Source: Octopus vulgaris | Lineage: Eukaryota | Direction: 5' to 3' | Assembly (NCBI GenBank): GCA_951406725.2 | Contig: OX597822.1 | Span: 112,096,001-112,160,000 of the forward strand | Length of the DNA: 64,000 bases | The notes under the pieces: generated by a model | Told to the model about the DNA's origin: nothing | Seen by the model: only the letters and a program-made list of their open reading frames with translations | Databases searched by the model: none | Position numbers and translations under genes: made by a program | Shown: in pieces, positions 9,392 through 20,388 of the stretch | Position numbering within the stretch: the first letter of the stretch is position 1 | Layout: each line of letters starts with the position of its first letter

Positions 9392-9540
9392 GTATTACTT
9401 GGACAAGGGAGACTCTTTTTATTTATCTAAAGAATCCCAAGGAATACATTCCTGGCACAAAAATGATATTTGCAGGTATTAAGAAAGAAAAAGAACGAGC
9501 CGATGTTATAGCCTATCTGGAAGAATGCTGTAAATCATAA
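9392..9540 (+). CDS. CYCS: Cytochrome c, coding exon 2 (absent from the supplied ORF track)
   Basis: Acceptor poly-T...ttttcCAG ends at 9391. The spliced frame gives [49 protein letters not shown], including the axial Met. Total CDS 330 nt (109 aa). Intron 7392-9391 is 2000 bp. Confidence 0.96.
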
Positions 9541-9580
9541 TGACAATTGACTTAGAGATCTCAAAATAATAGGATTAGAT

Positions 9581-9787
9581 AATAAAATAGAGAAAAATAT
9601 AATTTCGATTTTGTTCGGTTTGTATGTCTCATAAAATATTGTAAAAAAAATTACATTCTAAGAACATTGCAGGAAAATATCACAGACTATAATTAAAACC
9701 TTTTCTTTTTAAAACCATTGGAAAAAAAAAAAAAAAGATCTCAGAGTAACAGCATATATCGGTATTGTGAATAACGGTAATAATAAA
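9581..9787 (+). promoter_or_regulatory. Candidate polyadenylation signals for cytochrome c
   Basis: AATAAA at 9581-9586 and 9782-9787 in an AT-rich 3' region. Which one is used cannot be told from sequence. Confidence 0.4.
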
Positions 9788-10136
9788 CAGTATATGTCAC
9801 TCCTAGTTGATCCCTGTGTGTAGAATCAACAGAAACCAACTTTGAAAATTCGATTTACAAGATTAAATTAAGCCTGAGTATAAATGAACCCGGCTCTCAC
9901 TCAAGACCCTACTTTGTGATCATTTGATTATGAATGATACCCATTGTTGTTTAACCCCAGATTATCCCTGAACAAGCAGATTTGCTATGGAAAGCATTCC
10001 AGCCATGATCATTGTCCTTGTAGGGGTATAAAAACTTCTTTACTCAAAATCATATCAGTTAAATATCTCTCAAATGTATCAGAAAAATATTTCTAAACAA
10101 ATTACTGCTCTATCCTTGCGTGTATTTTTCATGTGA

Positions 10137-10470
10137 AGGCACATGGCTCAGGGGTTAGAGCGTCGAGCTTATGATCGTGAGGTTGTGAGCTCGAATCCCG
10201 GACCGGGTTGCGTGTTGTGTTCTTGAGCAAGACACTTTATTTCACGTTGCTCCAGTTCACTCAGCTGTAAAAATGAGTTGCAACATCACAGGTGCCAAGC
10301 TGTATCGGCTGTTGCCTTTGCCTTGGATAACATTGGTGGCGTGGAGAGGGGAGGCCGGTATGCATGGGCGACTGCTGGTCTTCCATAAACAACCTTGCCC
10401 AGACTTGTGACTAGGAAGGTAACTTTCTAGGTGCAATCCCATGGTCAGTGTCATGACCGAAGGGGGTCCC
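10137..10470 (+). mobile_element. tRNA-derived CORE-like SINE
   Basis: tRNA head (tggctcaggggttagagcg...ctcgaatccc) followed by gtgttcttgagcaagacactttatttc. Related copy at 25803-26038. Confidence 0.75.
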
Positions 10471-10504
10471 GATTTTTCCTCTACAGCTATCCATTATAAT
10501 TTCA

Positions 10505-11520
10505 TATTCCAGATGTGGAAGCAAAACTTGGAATCAAAAGGCCTTAACCTTTTAGTATTCTAACTGGTCATATCTGACCAATCTGAGAAAGTGGTGTTTG
10601 TATGTAGAAGATGCACAGGAGCCATGAAGACTACAAATATTCGGGAAATGGATTTAACTCAAATGTCCCTGAGGTTCTTTAGAGATAGTGGATAATTTCT
10701 GCTACATAAGGGGCCCTAATTAGCAGTGGGGGAGGATGTACTGAAACTATAGTTGCTGGAATAAGAATACGATGGAAAAAATTCAGTGTTTTTACCTTTG
10801 TTGGCAAGCAATGGTCTTTTTCTCCAGGTGAAAGGAAGATTGTATGAACAGCAATGCTACATGTTAGTGAGACATGAGCCCTGAATGCAGAGGACATGTG
10901 AATACTAGAGAAGAATGAAGCTAATATGCACTGGAATATGTTCATTGTCAGTGTATATGTACAACAGACTATGAGTGTATTGAGAGATAAGTTCGGCACG
11001 AGAAGAATTAGATGCAATTTGCAAGAGAGAAGACTGCACGGGTTTGTTCATGTGAAATCTAAATCGCTCAAAAATCAATAGAAATTGTAGTTGTGATATC
11101 AGTGCCGGTGGCATGTAAAAGAACCATCCGAACATAGCTGTTGCCAGCGCTGCCCCGACTGGCCTCCGTGCCGGTGACATGTAAAAAGCACCCACTACAC
11201 TTCACGGAGTGGTTGACATTAAGAAGGGCATCCAGCTGTAGAAACACTGCCTGATCAGACTGGAGCCTGGTGCAGCCTCCTGGCTTCCCAGACCCCGATC
11301 GAACCGTCCAACCCATGCTAGCATGGAAAGCGGACGTTAAACGTTGATGATGATATGTATGAATAAAGAGGTACTGATCCCTTAAAGTAGATGGAATCCA
11401 TGGAAGAAGGAGAGGCAAGGCATAACACACAGTACTAAAGACCAGTCTCAAGATACTGAGCCTTACAAACAAGGTGACAAAAGGGCCGAAATATCTGTTT
11501 CCTTGCTGTACTCAAGAAGA
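10505..11520 (+). mobile_element. Old, decayed RTE LINE fragment interrupted by a younger RTE-tail copy
   Basis: Similar to the reverse complement of 1100-1980 (for example aacagcaatgctacatgttagtgagacatg and tgcaagagagaagactgc), with many stops. Confidence 0.65.
11055..11353 (+). mobile_element. RTE 3'-end copy
   Basis: cagtgccggtggcatgtaaaa...ggaaagcggacgttaaacgttgatgatgat. Confidence 0.85.
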
Positions 11521-11770
11521 CCTGTTCACCACTGCAGAATTGATATCCCAAACTACCTTATGCTTGCCTGTGAGGGGCTCTGTCCCATGCACACCTGTAA
11601 TTTATCTGCCCCATGCCCACCTGCATTCTCTCTGTTCTGTTAAGTATTTCCCCTAACACCTATCACTTCTTTGTCACCTGAGAGCAGGACAGGTGTGTTC
11701 TACATCCCACTGCTTTCTCAGTTACCTCCTCCTCCTCCTCCCTGAACCACTTTCATTTCCCATTATCTTC

Positions 11771-12232
11771 CGAGCTGGCAGAAACGTTAGCATGCTGGGC
11801 GAAATGCGTAGCCGTATTTCATCTGCCGTTACGTTCTGGGTTCAAATTCTGCCAAGGTTGACTTTGCCTTTCATCCTTTCGGGGTTGATAAATTAAGTAC
11901 CTATTTCTTTATTACCCACAAACACAGAGTGGACAAACAAGGACAGACATAGGTATTAAGTCGATTGCATCAACCCCAGTGCGTAACTGGTACTTAATTT
12001 ATCGACCCCAAAAGGATGAAAGGCAAAGTCGACCTCGGCGGAATTTGAACTCAACGTAACGCAGACGAAATACCGCTAAGCATTTCGCCCGGCGTGCTAA
12101 CGTTTCTGCCAGCTCGCCGCCTTTATAAATTAAGTACCAGTTACACACTGGGGTCAATGTAATCGATTTAATACCTTCGTCTGTCCTTGTTTGTCCACTC
12201 TATGCTTAGCCCCTTGTGGGTAGTACAGAAAT
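11771..12232 (+). mobile_element. SINE family C host copy, interrupted by an antisense copy of the same family
   Basis: Head cgagctggcagaaacgttagc...ttcaaattc. The body resumes at 12125 and ends gccccttgtgggtagtacagaaata. Confidence 0.88.
11902..12124 (-). mobile_element. SINE family C, nested antisense copy
   Basis: Reverse-complement copy flanked by the 14-bp direct repeat ataaattaagtacc (11888-11901 and 12125-12138). Confidence 0.9.
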
Positions 12233-12684
12233 AATTATCTTCCCTGCCTACTGTCGCTATCGGTCACCTTTCTGTGCCTTCTCTCCTTTATGCTGTTCTC
12301 CATCATTGACACCTTACTTATTTGCTATCACCCTCAGTCTCCTCACATGCCTACCACAACCCCTGTCCTTGAGCCTCTCCTATATTTCATTCCATCATTT
12401 GCTTCAGTCCCCTCTATCCTGCCTACCCATCTTGTCTAAACTTCCGTATCACTATGCTTATTCTCACTATCCCCAATGTTCTTTGAGAGCATGTTCCAAC
12501 ACATCTTTGTCACCTTCCTTTCTTTTTCTACTGAAGTATTCAGGTATCTACTCAAAAACGACACCTGCCCCTGTCCCTCTATATTTCTTAATCTCCCATC
12601 AGCTGGTGCAATGTCACACCTCCACCTCACTGCTACTCTTCCACCTCCCACCTGAGGTGGTATTTGTCCTGCAAGTTACTTGGT

Positions 12685-12961
12685 GGCCTGGTTGTTTGAT
12701 CCTTCTCGAGCCATTCCTGGCTCGTAAGGGCCGGTTTCCCAGTTTCCTTGGCGTATAGGTTCCTCACCTGGACAGGACGCTGGTCCATTGCAGGTGAGCC
12801 GCAAGATGCAGGAGGAAAGAGTGAGAGAAAGTCGTGGCGAAAGAGTCAGCAGAAGTTCGCCATTACCTTCTGCCGGAGCCGCGTGGAACTTAGGTGTTTC
12901 GCTCATAAACACACACATCACCCAGTCTGAGAGTCGAACCCATAATCCCTAGACTGCGAGG
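12685..12961 (-). mobile_element. SINE family D-related copy
   Basis: Reverse complement of the element at 24367-24665. Confidence 0.75.
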
Positions 12962-13335
12962 CCATGTGGACTGGTTGGTGCTGGTGCCATGTAAAAAGCA
13001 CTGAAATGGGTGTAATTTGGAAGGGCATCCAACCTTAGAAAACCTGTCAAAACAGACGTTAGTGACTGATGCTGCTTCTGGCCTTACCAACCTCTGTCAA
13101 ACTTTTCAACCCATGGAAAACATGTCAGATGATGATATAAAAAGATTTCGTACCTACTCTGATATTGTATTTACAGATTGCTGTAAGGGCTAACTAATTT
13201 GTTTCAATAGTTCTAAGTTTATATTAGCTGTGTAATTGCTTTACTAAGCTTAAAAGTATTTCTTGTCCTTGCTGAATTTACAGGTTGTTTTATAAGGACA
13301 TTTAAAAGTATTAAGACAGAAAGGTAAAAATACTT

Positions 13336-13975
13336 TGTTGTATTTAGGAATGGTCATTTTGCCAGTTTAGCCAATAAAAACACACGCACTATTATATTTG
13401 GTGTTACTTTGCTTCAGCGTTATGTATTTTTTACATTAATCCTAATCTTATATAAACAAAACTAAAAACAATAAAATACACAGATAAATAAACAAAGGGA
13501 AATAAATAACTATACATTAAAAAAAATAATAATAAAAAAAATTATAATAATAAGGTGTAAACATGAACAAAATAAAAATAAACAAAAACAAATTACACGA
13601 ACGTATATAAATAGGAGATACAAATATTACAGGCACTCCCCCACACACTCACAAAACAGATATACATAGAGGTATACGCATGCGCAAATGAAGACATACA
13701 ATAGGAATACAAGATACAAAATGGCTGACCGTTAGTAAGGAGAGACACAAATAAGAAAGAAGAAAGCAAAGGACCACTGATGAGGTCACAGAAGTGTGAC
13801 GAAAGAACTCTGGCCGAAATAAGATTAAGATTAATGTAAAAAGTTAATAAAGCTGAAGCAAAGTAACACCAAATATATAGTGCGCGTGCTTTTATTGGCT
13901 AAACTGGCAAAATGACCATTCCGAAATACAACACATGATTTCACATCAAAAATCTTGCAAAACAAATATATAAAC
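13336..13975 (+). mobile_element. Non-autonomous Penelope-like insertion with inverted partial pLTR, hammerhead and 12-bp TSD
   Basis: Inverted arms 13336-13451 and 13819-13933. Direct repeat gtaaaaatactt at 13324-13335 and 13976-13987. Hammerhead at 13774-13813. Confidence 0.8.
13774..13813 (+). ncRNA. Minimal type I hammerhead ribozyme motif
   Basis: Stem I cca/tgg, CTGATGA at 13777-13783, stem II gtcaca/tgtgac (6 bp, gaag loop), GAAA at 13801-13804, 2-bp stem III, CUC cleavage triplet at 13808-13810. Confidence 0.75.
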
Positions 13976-14446
13976 GTAAAAATACTTATATTAAGTTCCA
14001 CATGAAACTGGTGTAATCAGAAAACATTAAACCATAGCCACTGTGATGGATGCTGGTGTCAGGAGAAAGAATTTCAAGTTAAAAAGATTGATTAAGTCTT
14101 GAATTGGTTGTATTGCAGAGATGATAAGGATAACAAAAAGTCAAGAACCATCTCAAGTTCTTGTCTATATCATTGACATTCACTCTTGAAAAATCAGATT
14201 GTTACCATTAAATTTAAAGGTTGCAGATCAAGTATTTTAATATAACCTATCTTTATCCAACTGCAATTTAAAATTGAGCATTCTACAAATAGATTATGGG
14301 TTAGCATAACTGAAAGTTCTTTTAATATTTTCTTCAGATTGTTAAATGAACTGTTCAGTAAAGAATGGGCTTTTTTTCATAAATTTACATTTCATTGTTG
14401 CTGTTGTAAAAATATGTGGTAAAACAGCATGAATGGTACAGGATAG

Positions 14447-14612
14447 GTGGGTGAGCTGGCAGAAACGTTGGCACGTCGGGCGAAATGCTTAGCTGTATTT
14501 CGTCTGTCGCGACGTTGTGAGTTCAAATTCCGCTGAGGTTGACTTTGCCTTTCAACCTTTCGGGGTCGATAAATAAAGTACCAGTTGCGCACTGGAGGGT
14601 CAATGTAATCGC
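14447..14612 (+). mobile_element. SINE family C, 3'-truncated
   Basis: ggtgagctggcagaaacgttggcacg...gactttgcctttcaacctttcggggtcgataaataaagtaccag. Confidence 0.85.
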
Positions 14613-15073
14613 TGGCTATTAACCCACAGTTTGTGTCCATATAGCATTTGCAAGGGAGGTCATCACTCCCATTTTTAGCCTTACATGATACAGACCTAGG
14701 TTTCTGGATGTTTCCCATCCTCAGTCTGAGACAACCACAAGTGATGAAAGCTCTCTCTCCACTTGCAAATACTATATATTCTTTAAGCGACACACAGTTG
14801 CTGATCTCATATAGAGAAAAACAACTTGTTTTAAATCTATGAGCAAGAGTAACAGTGCTGAATAGTATATGCCAACAGAATGTGGCAGTAGTATAAAGGA
14901 CGATGTTACTGCTGTTTTAGCCCCAGGAAAACATCTTTTCTAGCTGGCTATCAACATAGTTTGTATCTGTATAGCATTTGTATCATCCCTGTCTCTAGCC
15001 TTACATGCTTACATGATACTCACAGATCTAGGTTTCTGAACACAATCCATCCTCAACGTGAAACAACCACAAG
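14611..15073. repeat. Diverged ~130-bp direct repeat pair
   Basis: 14611-14740 and 14943-15073 share gctggctat...tatagcatttg...tagccttacatg...acaga(c/t)ctaggtttctg...acaaccacaag. Confidence 0.7.
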
Positions 15074-15755
15074 CTAGTGACAACAACAAAAAAAAGTAAA
15101 GTAATACACTACTAAATCAATGCTGAAGATTATGTCAGCAATTACTCTGGTAAAATAGTATTATCTGCTTAGCTGGCACCTTGAATTAAACTTTAGAATT
15201 GGAATCTAAAAAAAAAATATGGAAGCGGAAAATTGTGGCAAGAGTCAAGATATACCCTGTGAGAAGAGACTTGGCACAAACGACTATAAATAGTAGCAAT
15301 CTGAGAGACAGAGTCAGCATTTATCGCAGGAAGTCGTAAGGTGTTGTTTTGGTAATTTGTCGGAATATCATTTGCTGGTTTGTGGATTGTTATGTTGTTG
15401 TTCCCCTGCTTCGTTATGTTTTATTGTTACTACATGGTTATCGTGTAAAAAAGTTTTTATCATAACAATTGGCAATACGACAAAAATAAAGAATTATTAA
15501 TAGAAAATAAACACTTTTACCATCTCTCTCTCTCTCCCATGCAGGCAGTGAAGGAGCTTCTGTATAGTAGCTCAGCTATAGAAATAACAGTTAAATTTCT
15601 TTCAAATAACACCATGATTTCAAAGGAAGGACCTCTGGATCATCAATATAGAATGTCTGAAAGAAAAAAAAAGCCAAATGGTCACAGCTGGAATACTTTT
15701 GTTCAGAGCTCAGCAGCCACTCTCTTGCTATCCTAACCAAAATTGAAAATGTCAA

Positions 15756-16143
15756 TCTATATATATAAAGTTGAAGTTGTCTGTGTGTGTGTGTGGCAGT
15801 TTTGGTAGCCTTCAACTAACAATATCTCCTCCGAGACCCTGCGGCGCAAGTTGACCAAAATTGAGAGTATGATAGAAGAAGGCTTGCTCTTCATTCTGTA
15901 GAAGAAAAAATTCAAATCAGACCATGTTAACACCAAAAATTATTTACATCAAAAAGGTGCTTTTTTTTTTTAATGAAAATCCCTATTTTTTACGATCTTT
16001 TGACTGATATGTCACCATTTTGCAGAGTATTTCAATCAGAAAAATGTTCACTTAAAGAGAACATCAAGCTACATAATTCTTTTCAAAAATTCCAATTCTA
16101 AAGGGTCGAAACAAACCCGAGCAATGCCGGGCGATACTGCTAG
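15756..16143 (+). mobile_element. Non-autonomous Helitron
   Basis: Inserted between A and T. 5' end TCtatatatataaag. 3' subterminal hairpin cccgagcaatgccggg (16116-16131), then CTAG at 16140-16143. No TSD. Confidence 0.8.
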
Positions 16144-16234
16144 TCTTAGAATACACAAATGTACTTATGGCGTTTGAAGATATGATATTAAACTATTGCT
16201 AACCACTCAATCTTCAAGTACCACTGAAACCTGT

Positions 16235-16648
16235 ACTCTTTTCTCTCTTTTACTCTTTTACTTGTTTCATTCATTTGACTGCGGCCATGCTGGAGCATCG
16301 CCTTTAATCGAGCAACTCGACCCCGGGACTTATTCTTTTGTAAGCTCAGTACTTATTGTATCGGTCTCTTTTTTGCCGAACCGCTAAGTAACGGGGACAT
16401 AAACACACCAGCATCGGTTGTCAAGCAATGCTAGGGGGACAAACACAGACACACACATACACATACATATATATATACATATATACGACAGGCTTCTTTC
16501 AGTTTCTGTCTACCAAATCCACTCACAAGGCTTTGGTCGGCCCGAGGCTATAGTAGAAGACACTTGCCCAAGGTGCCATGCAGTGGGACTGAACCCGGAA
16601 CCATGTGGTTGGTAAGCAAGCTACTTACCACACAGCCACTCCTGTGCC

Positions 16649-16680
<32 letters not shown>

Positions 16681-16858
16681 GATAGATAGATAGATATACT
16701 GGCTTCTTTCAGTTTCCGTCTACCAAATCCACTCACAAGGCTTTGGTCGGCCCGAGGCTATAGTAGAAGACACTTGCCCAAGGTGCCATGCAGTGGGACT
16801 GAACCCGGAACCATGTGGTTGGTAAGCAAGCTACTTACCACACAGCCACTCCTGCACC
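16235..16858 (-). mobile_element. SINE family B with a tandemly duplicated head
   Basis: Full copy at 16235-16648, then (TA)n(GATA)n, then a near-identical repeat of its 5' ~160 bp at 16700-16858. Confidence 0.88.
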
Positions 16859-17190
16859 TGTATTGCTGTTTAGTTGTTGATCAGTCTTGAATCAATAGAA
16901 TTGTTGATTAAAGGTTGAAATGCTTTTAATCCCAACGTCTTGAGTGTAGGGAGCCCAGGCCCTGTTATCCAGCATATCCCTTTTAAGACTGTTGGATATC
17001 ATTTGAGGGAGATTTGGCTGTTTCTTCTAACAGGCAGAACAATTATATAAAGGCTCGCATGTTTTATAAAATTTATTTCTCAGGTGAACTGGAACAGAGT
17101 TATGCCCCTTGAATAACGACTAGCCAAGTCATTCTACCAGATTTCACTTCAGTCCTTTGAATTCTATCTCAAAACTTGAATTAAAATGTA

Positions 17191-17585
17191 CAGGAGTGGC
17201 TGTGTGGTAAGTAGCTTGCTAACCAACCACATGGTTCCAGGTTCAGTCCCACTGCGTGGCATCTTGGGCAAGTGTCTTCTGCTATAGCCCCGGGCTGACC
17301 AATGCCTTGTGAGTGGATTTGGTAGACGGAAACTGAAAGAAGCCTGTCGTATATATGTATATATATATATATGTGTATGTGTGTGTGTCTGTGTTTGTCC
17401 CCCTAGCATTGCTTGACAACCGATGCTGGTGTGTTTACGTCCCCGTCACTTAGTGGTTCGGCAAAAGAGACCGATAGAATAAGTACTGGACTTACAAAGA
17501 ATAAGACCCGGGGTCGACTTGCTTGACTAAAGGCGGTGCTCCAGCATGGCTGCAGTCAAATGATTGAAACAAGTAAAAGAGTAAA
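17191..17585 (+). mobile_element. SINE family B, full length
   Basis: Colinear with 4757-5156. Confidence 0.9.
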
Positions 17586-17709
17586 CCAGACACACCAGAC
17601 ACAAGATAGAATATTTGTGGTTAAAGGACCTTGAGAGAAGCCAAATATCCTTTGTGGTTCTTATAACTGAAAGAACAACAAATAAAAAAAAAAATGGTAG
17701 GCAATTTTT

Positions 17710-18990
17710 TAATCAGGGCTGAGTTTATGGTAAACAATGGAAAGTCTTAGTAAGCAGAAAAGCAGATGAATCACAGATCCCCACAGATAGATGGCCCTGC
17801 TTGATCTGTAGGAAAGGCATAGGTAGAAATTCCATGACATGTACCTGGTGTAAGCTATAGACACATAAGAGCTGGGGTGGCAGTTGCAAGAGCATAGCTG
17901 CTAAAATAAGAATAAGTTGGGCAAAGCTCAGAGAGCCCCTACCTCTGTTGGTAACAAAGGGCTTCTCCCTAAGAGTGAAAGGTTAGTTAGTTGGTTAATT
18001 CTTTGGCTCAAAAAGCAAAAAGCAAGGCCATGTAGGGGGACATGGAGTTATGTACAGGGTGGTGTTCATGTAAAGAGTTCAGGCCACTTGTGGTCAAGGG
18101 AGGCTTTGAACTGAGCAGTCGTCAGCATCTTCACCATCTCGTCTGGCAGCTTATTCCACGGATCTGCAACTCGGATGGAGAAAGCCCCTCTCCTTCAATT
18201 GAGATGAAATCGTCACAGATAGAGCTTTTCGGAATGACCCCGCAGCCGACGCTCTGGAGCAGGAGTGAAGAACAGCTCTTTCGAGAGGTTACACTTTCCG
18301 CTTATGATGTTGTGAGCAAGAATGAGATCTTCACGGCGTCGTCGTTTTTCTAGAGAATAAAGGTCGAGCGTCTTCAGCCTTTCTTCATAAGACAAATGCT
18401 TGAGACCAAGAACCATGCGAGTAGCCAGCTTCTGGACTCTTTCGAGATGCTGTATGTCTTTGAGGAGATAAGGAGAAGAGGCTTGAATCCCGTACTCCAA
18501 TATGGGTCTCACCAGCGTGACATTGAGTGGTAGGAATATGGCTGCTGTGAGCATTCCGAATGACCGTCAAATCAAGAACAGAACTCCGGATTGTATGTTG
18601 CTTGTGCAGGAACAGCCATGTTGCATGGCAGTTTAACATCGGCTGTAACTGCTGAGGACAAACTCAGGCTTGAAAGAAATGAAGCTAGTATGCTTCACTG
18701 GATATGTGTAATGTCAGTACAGTGCATGTACAACAGAGTGTAAACGTCTTAAGAGTAAAGTCGGGCATAAGATGTGATGTGCAGGAGAGATGACTGCATT
18801 GATGTGATGGATATAGATGTGGACAGCTGTGTGAAGTGCCAATCTCTACCAGTGGAAGAGGGAGGCCCAGGAAGACATGGGACAATGTGGTGCATCATGA
18901 TCTTCAAATGTTGGGTCTCATAGAGGCAATGACTAGTGATTGAGACCTTTGGTGATATATTGTGCTTTAGAAGACCCATCAAGTCATATG
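17710..18990 (+). mobile_element. Decayed RTE LINE fragment split by a CR1 insertion
   Basis: 17710-17982 ends ...gggcttctccctaagagtgaaagg and resumes ggattgtatg... at 18588, matching GLSLRVKG|RLYDAC of the element at 1084-1746. Confidence 0.75.
17983..18587 (-). mobile_element. CR1-clade LINE, 3' fragment
   Basis: ORF 18213-18554 reads TLVRPILEYG...LERVQKLATRMV..GLKHLSYEERLKTLDLYSLEKRR..DLI. (TAAC)n-like tail at 17983-17998. Confidence 0.9.
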
Positions 18991-19042
18991 TATTCATAGC
19001 TGTGGTCGTTGTCAGTGTCGTGTAATTAGCACCTGTGCTGTT

Positions 19043-19251
19043 ACTCTTTACTCTCTCTCTTTTACTCTTTTACTTGTTTCAGTCATTTGACTGCGGCCAT
19101 GCTGGAGCACTGCCTTTAGTCGAGCAAATCGACCCCGGGACTTATTCTTTGTAAGCCCAGTACTTATTCTATTGGTCTCTTTTGTCGAACCGCTAAGTGA
19201 CGGGGATGTAAACACACCAGCATCGGTTGTCAAGCAATGTTAGGGGGACAA

Positions 19252-19284
<33 letters not shown>

Positions 19285-19456
19285 CATATATACGACAGGC
19301 TTCTTTCAGTTTCCGTCTACCAAATCCACTCACAAGGCATTGGTCGGCCCGGGGCTATAGCAAAAGACACTTGCCCAAGATGCCACGCAGTGGGACTGAA
19401 CCCGGAACCATGTGGTTGGTTAGCAAGCTACTTACCACACAGACACTCCTGCGCCT
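19043..19456 (-). mobile_element. SINE family B, full length
   Basis: Reverse complement of 17191-17585. Confidence 0.9.
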
Positions 19457-19889
19457 ATATGTTAGCATGTAAAAAGCACTTTTCGAGCACTGGGCCTCAC
19501 GGTGGCCAGTGTTAATGTTACATAACTAGCAATCATGTAAGTGATGCATAACAAGCATTTTTCGAGCACTGGGCCTCATGGAAGCAATGACAAATGACTG
19601 AGACCTTTGGCAATATGCTGTACTTGAGAAGAAAGATCCATCAAGCCAAGTGAATTCATAGTGATGGCAGATACTGGTGTAGTTTGGCATTTGGAAGGAC
19701 ATCCAGACATAGAAACCATGCCAAATCAAACTGGAGTTCGTTGCTGCCTGTCATTGCCAGCCCTTGTCAAACTGTCCAACCCATACCAGCATGGATAAGG
19801 GATACTAAATGGTGATGATATATAGATCAAATACAGAAAATGGGATTCATGTGAGTCTTTATTCAAAACCACTACAATTGTTTCAACTC

Positions 19890-20249
19890 TAGAAAAACGA
19901 CGACGCCGTGGTGATCTCATTCTCGCTCACAACATCATAAGTGTAACCTCTTGAAAGAGCTGTTCTACACTCCTGCTCCAGAGCGTCGGCTGCGGGGTCA
20001 TTCCGAAAAGCTCTACCTGCGACGATTTCATCTCAATCGAAGGAGAGGAGCTTTCTCCATCCGGGTTGCGGATCCGTGGAACAAGCTGCCAGACGAGATG
20101 GTGAAGATGCCGACGACCGCTTTGTTCAAAGTCTCCCTTGACCTCAAGTGGCCTGAACTCTTTACATGAACACCACCCTGTACTTAACTCCATGTCCCCC
20201 TACATAGCTTTGCTTTTTGCTTTTGAGCCAAAAAATTAACTAACTAAGT
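19890..20249 (+). mobile_element. CR1-clade LINE, 3' fragment (same family as 17983-18587)
   Basis: ORF 19951-20169 reads ...RLRGHSEKL...FSIRVADPWNKLPDEMV. taactaact tail. Flanked by aactc at 19885-19889 and 20250-20254. Confidence 0.9.
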
Positions 20250-20388
20250 AACTCATCCTGCATCTGTACCTCACGGCTGAGATCCTGTACAATCAATTGT
20301 CTTGCATCACAGATGTAGATTGAAGCTCATCAGGTGACTTTTTAAACAATTACCTCATTTTTTCTTCTCCCCATTTCTTATTTTCATG

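Noticed and set aside
12216-12758. 180-aa ORF
   Set aside because: Pyrimidine-rich low-complexity sequence between SINEs, with no recognisable domain.
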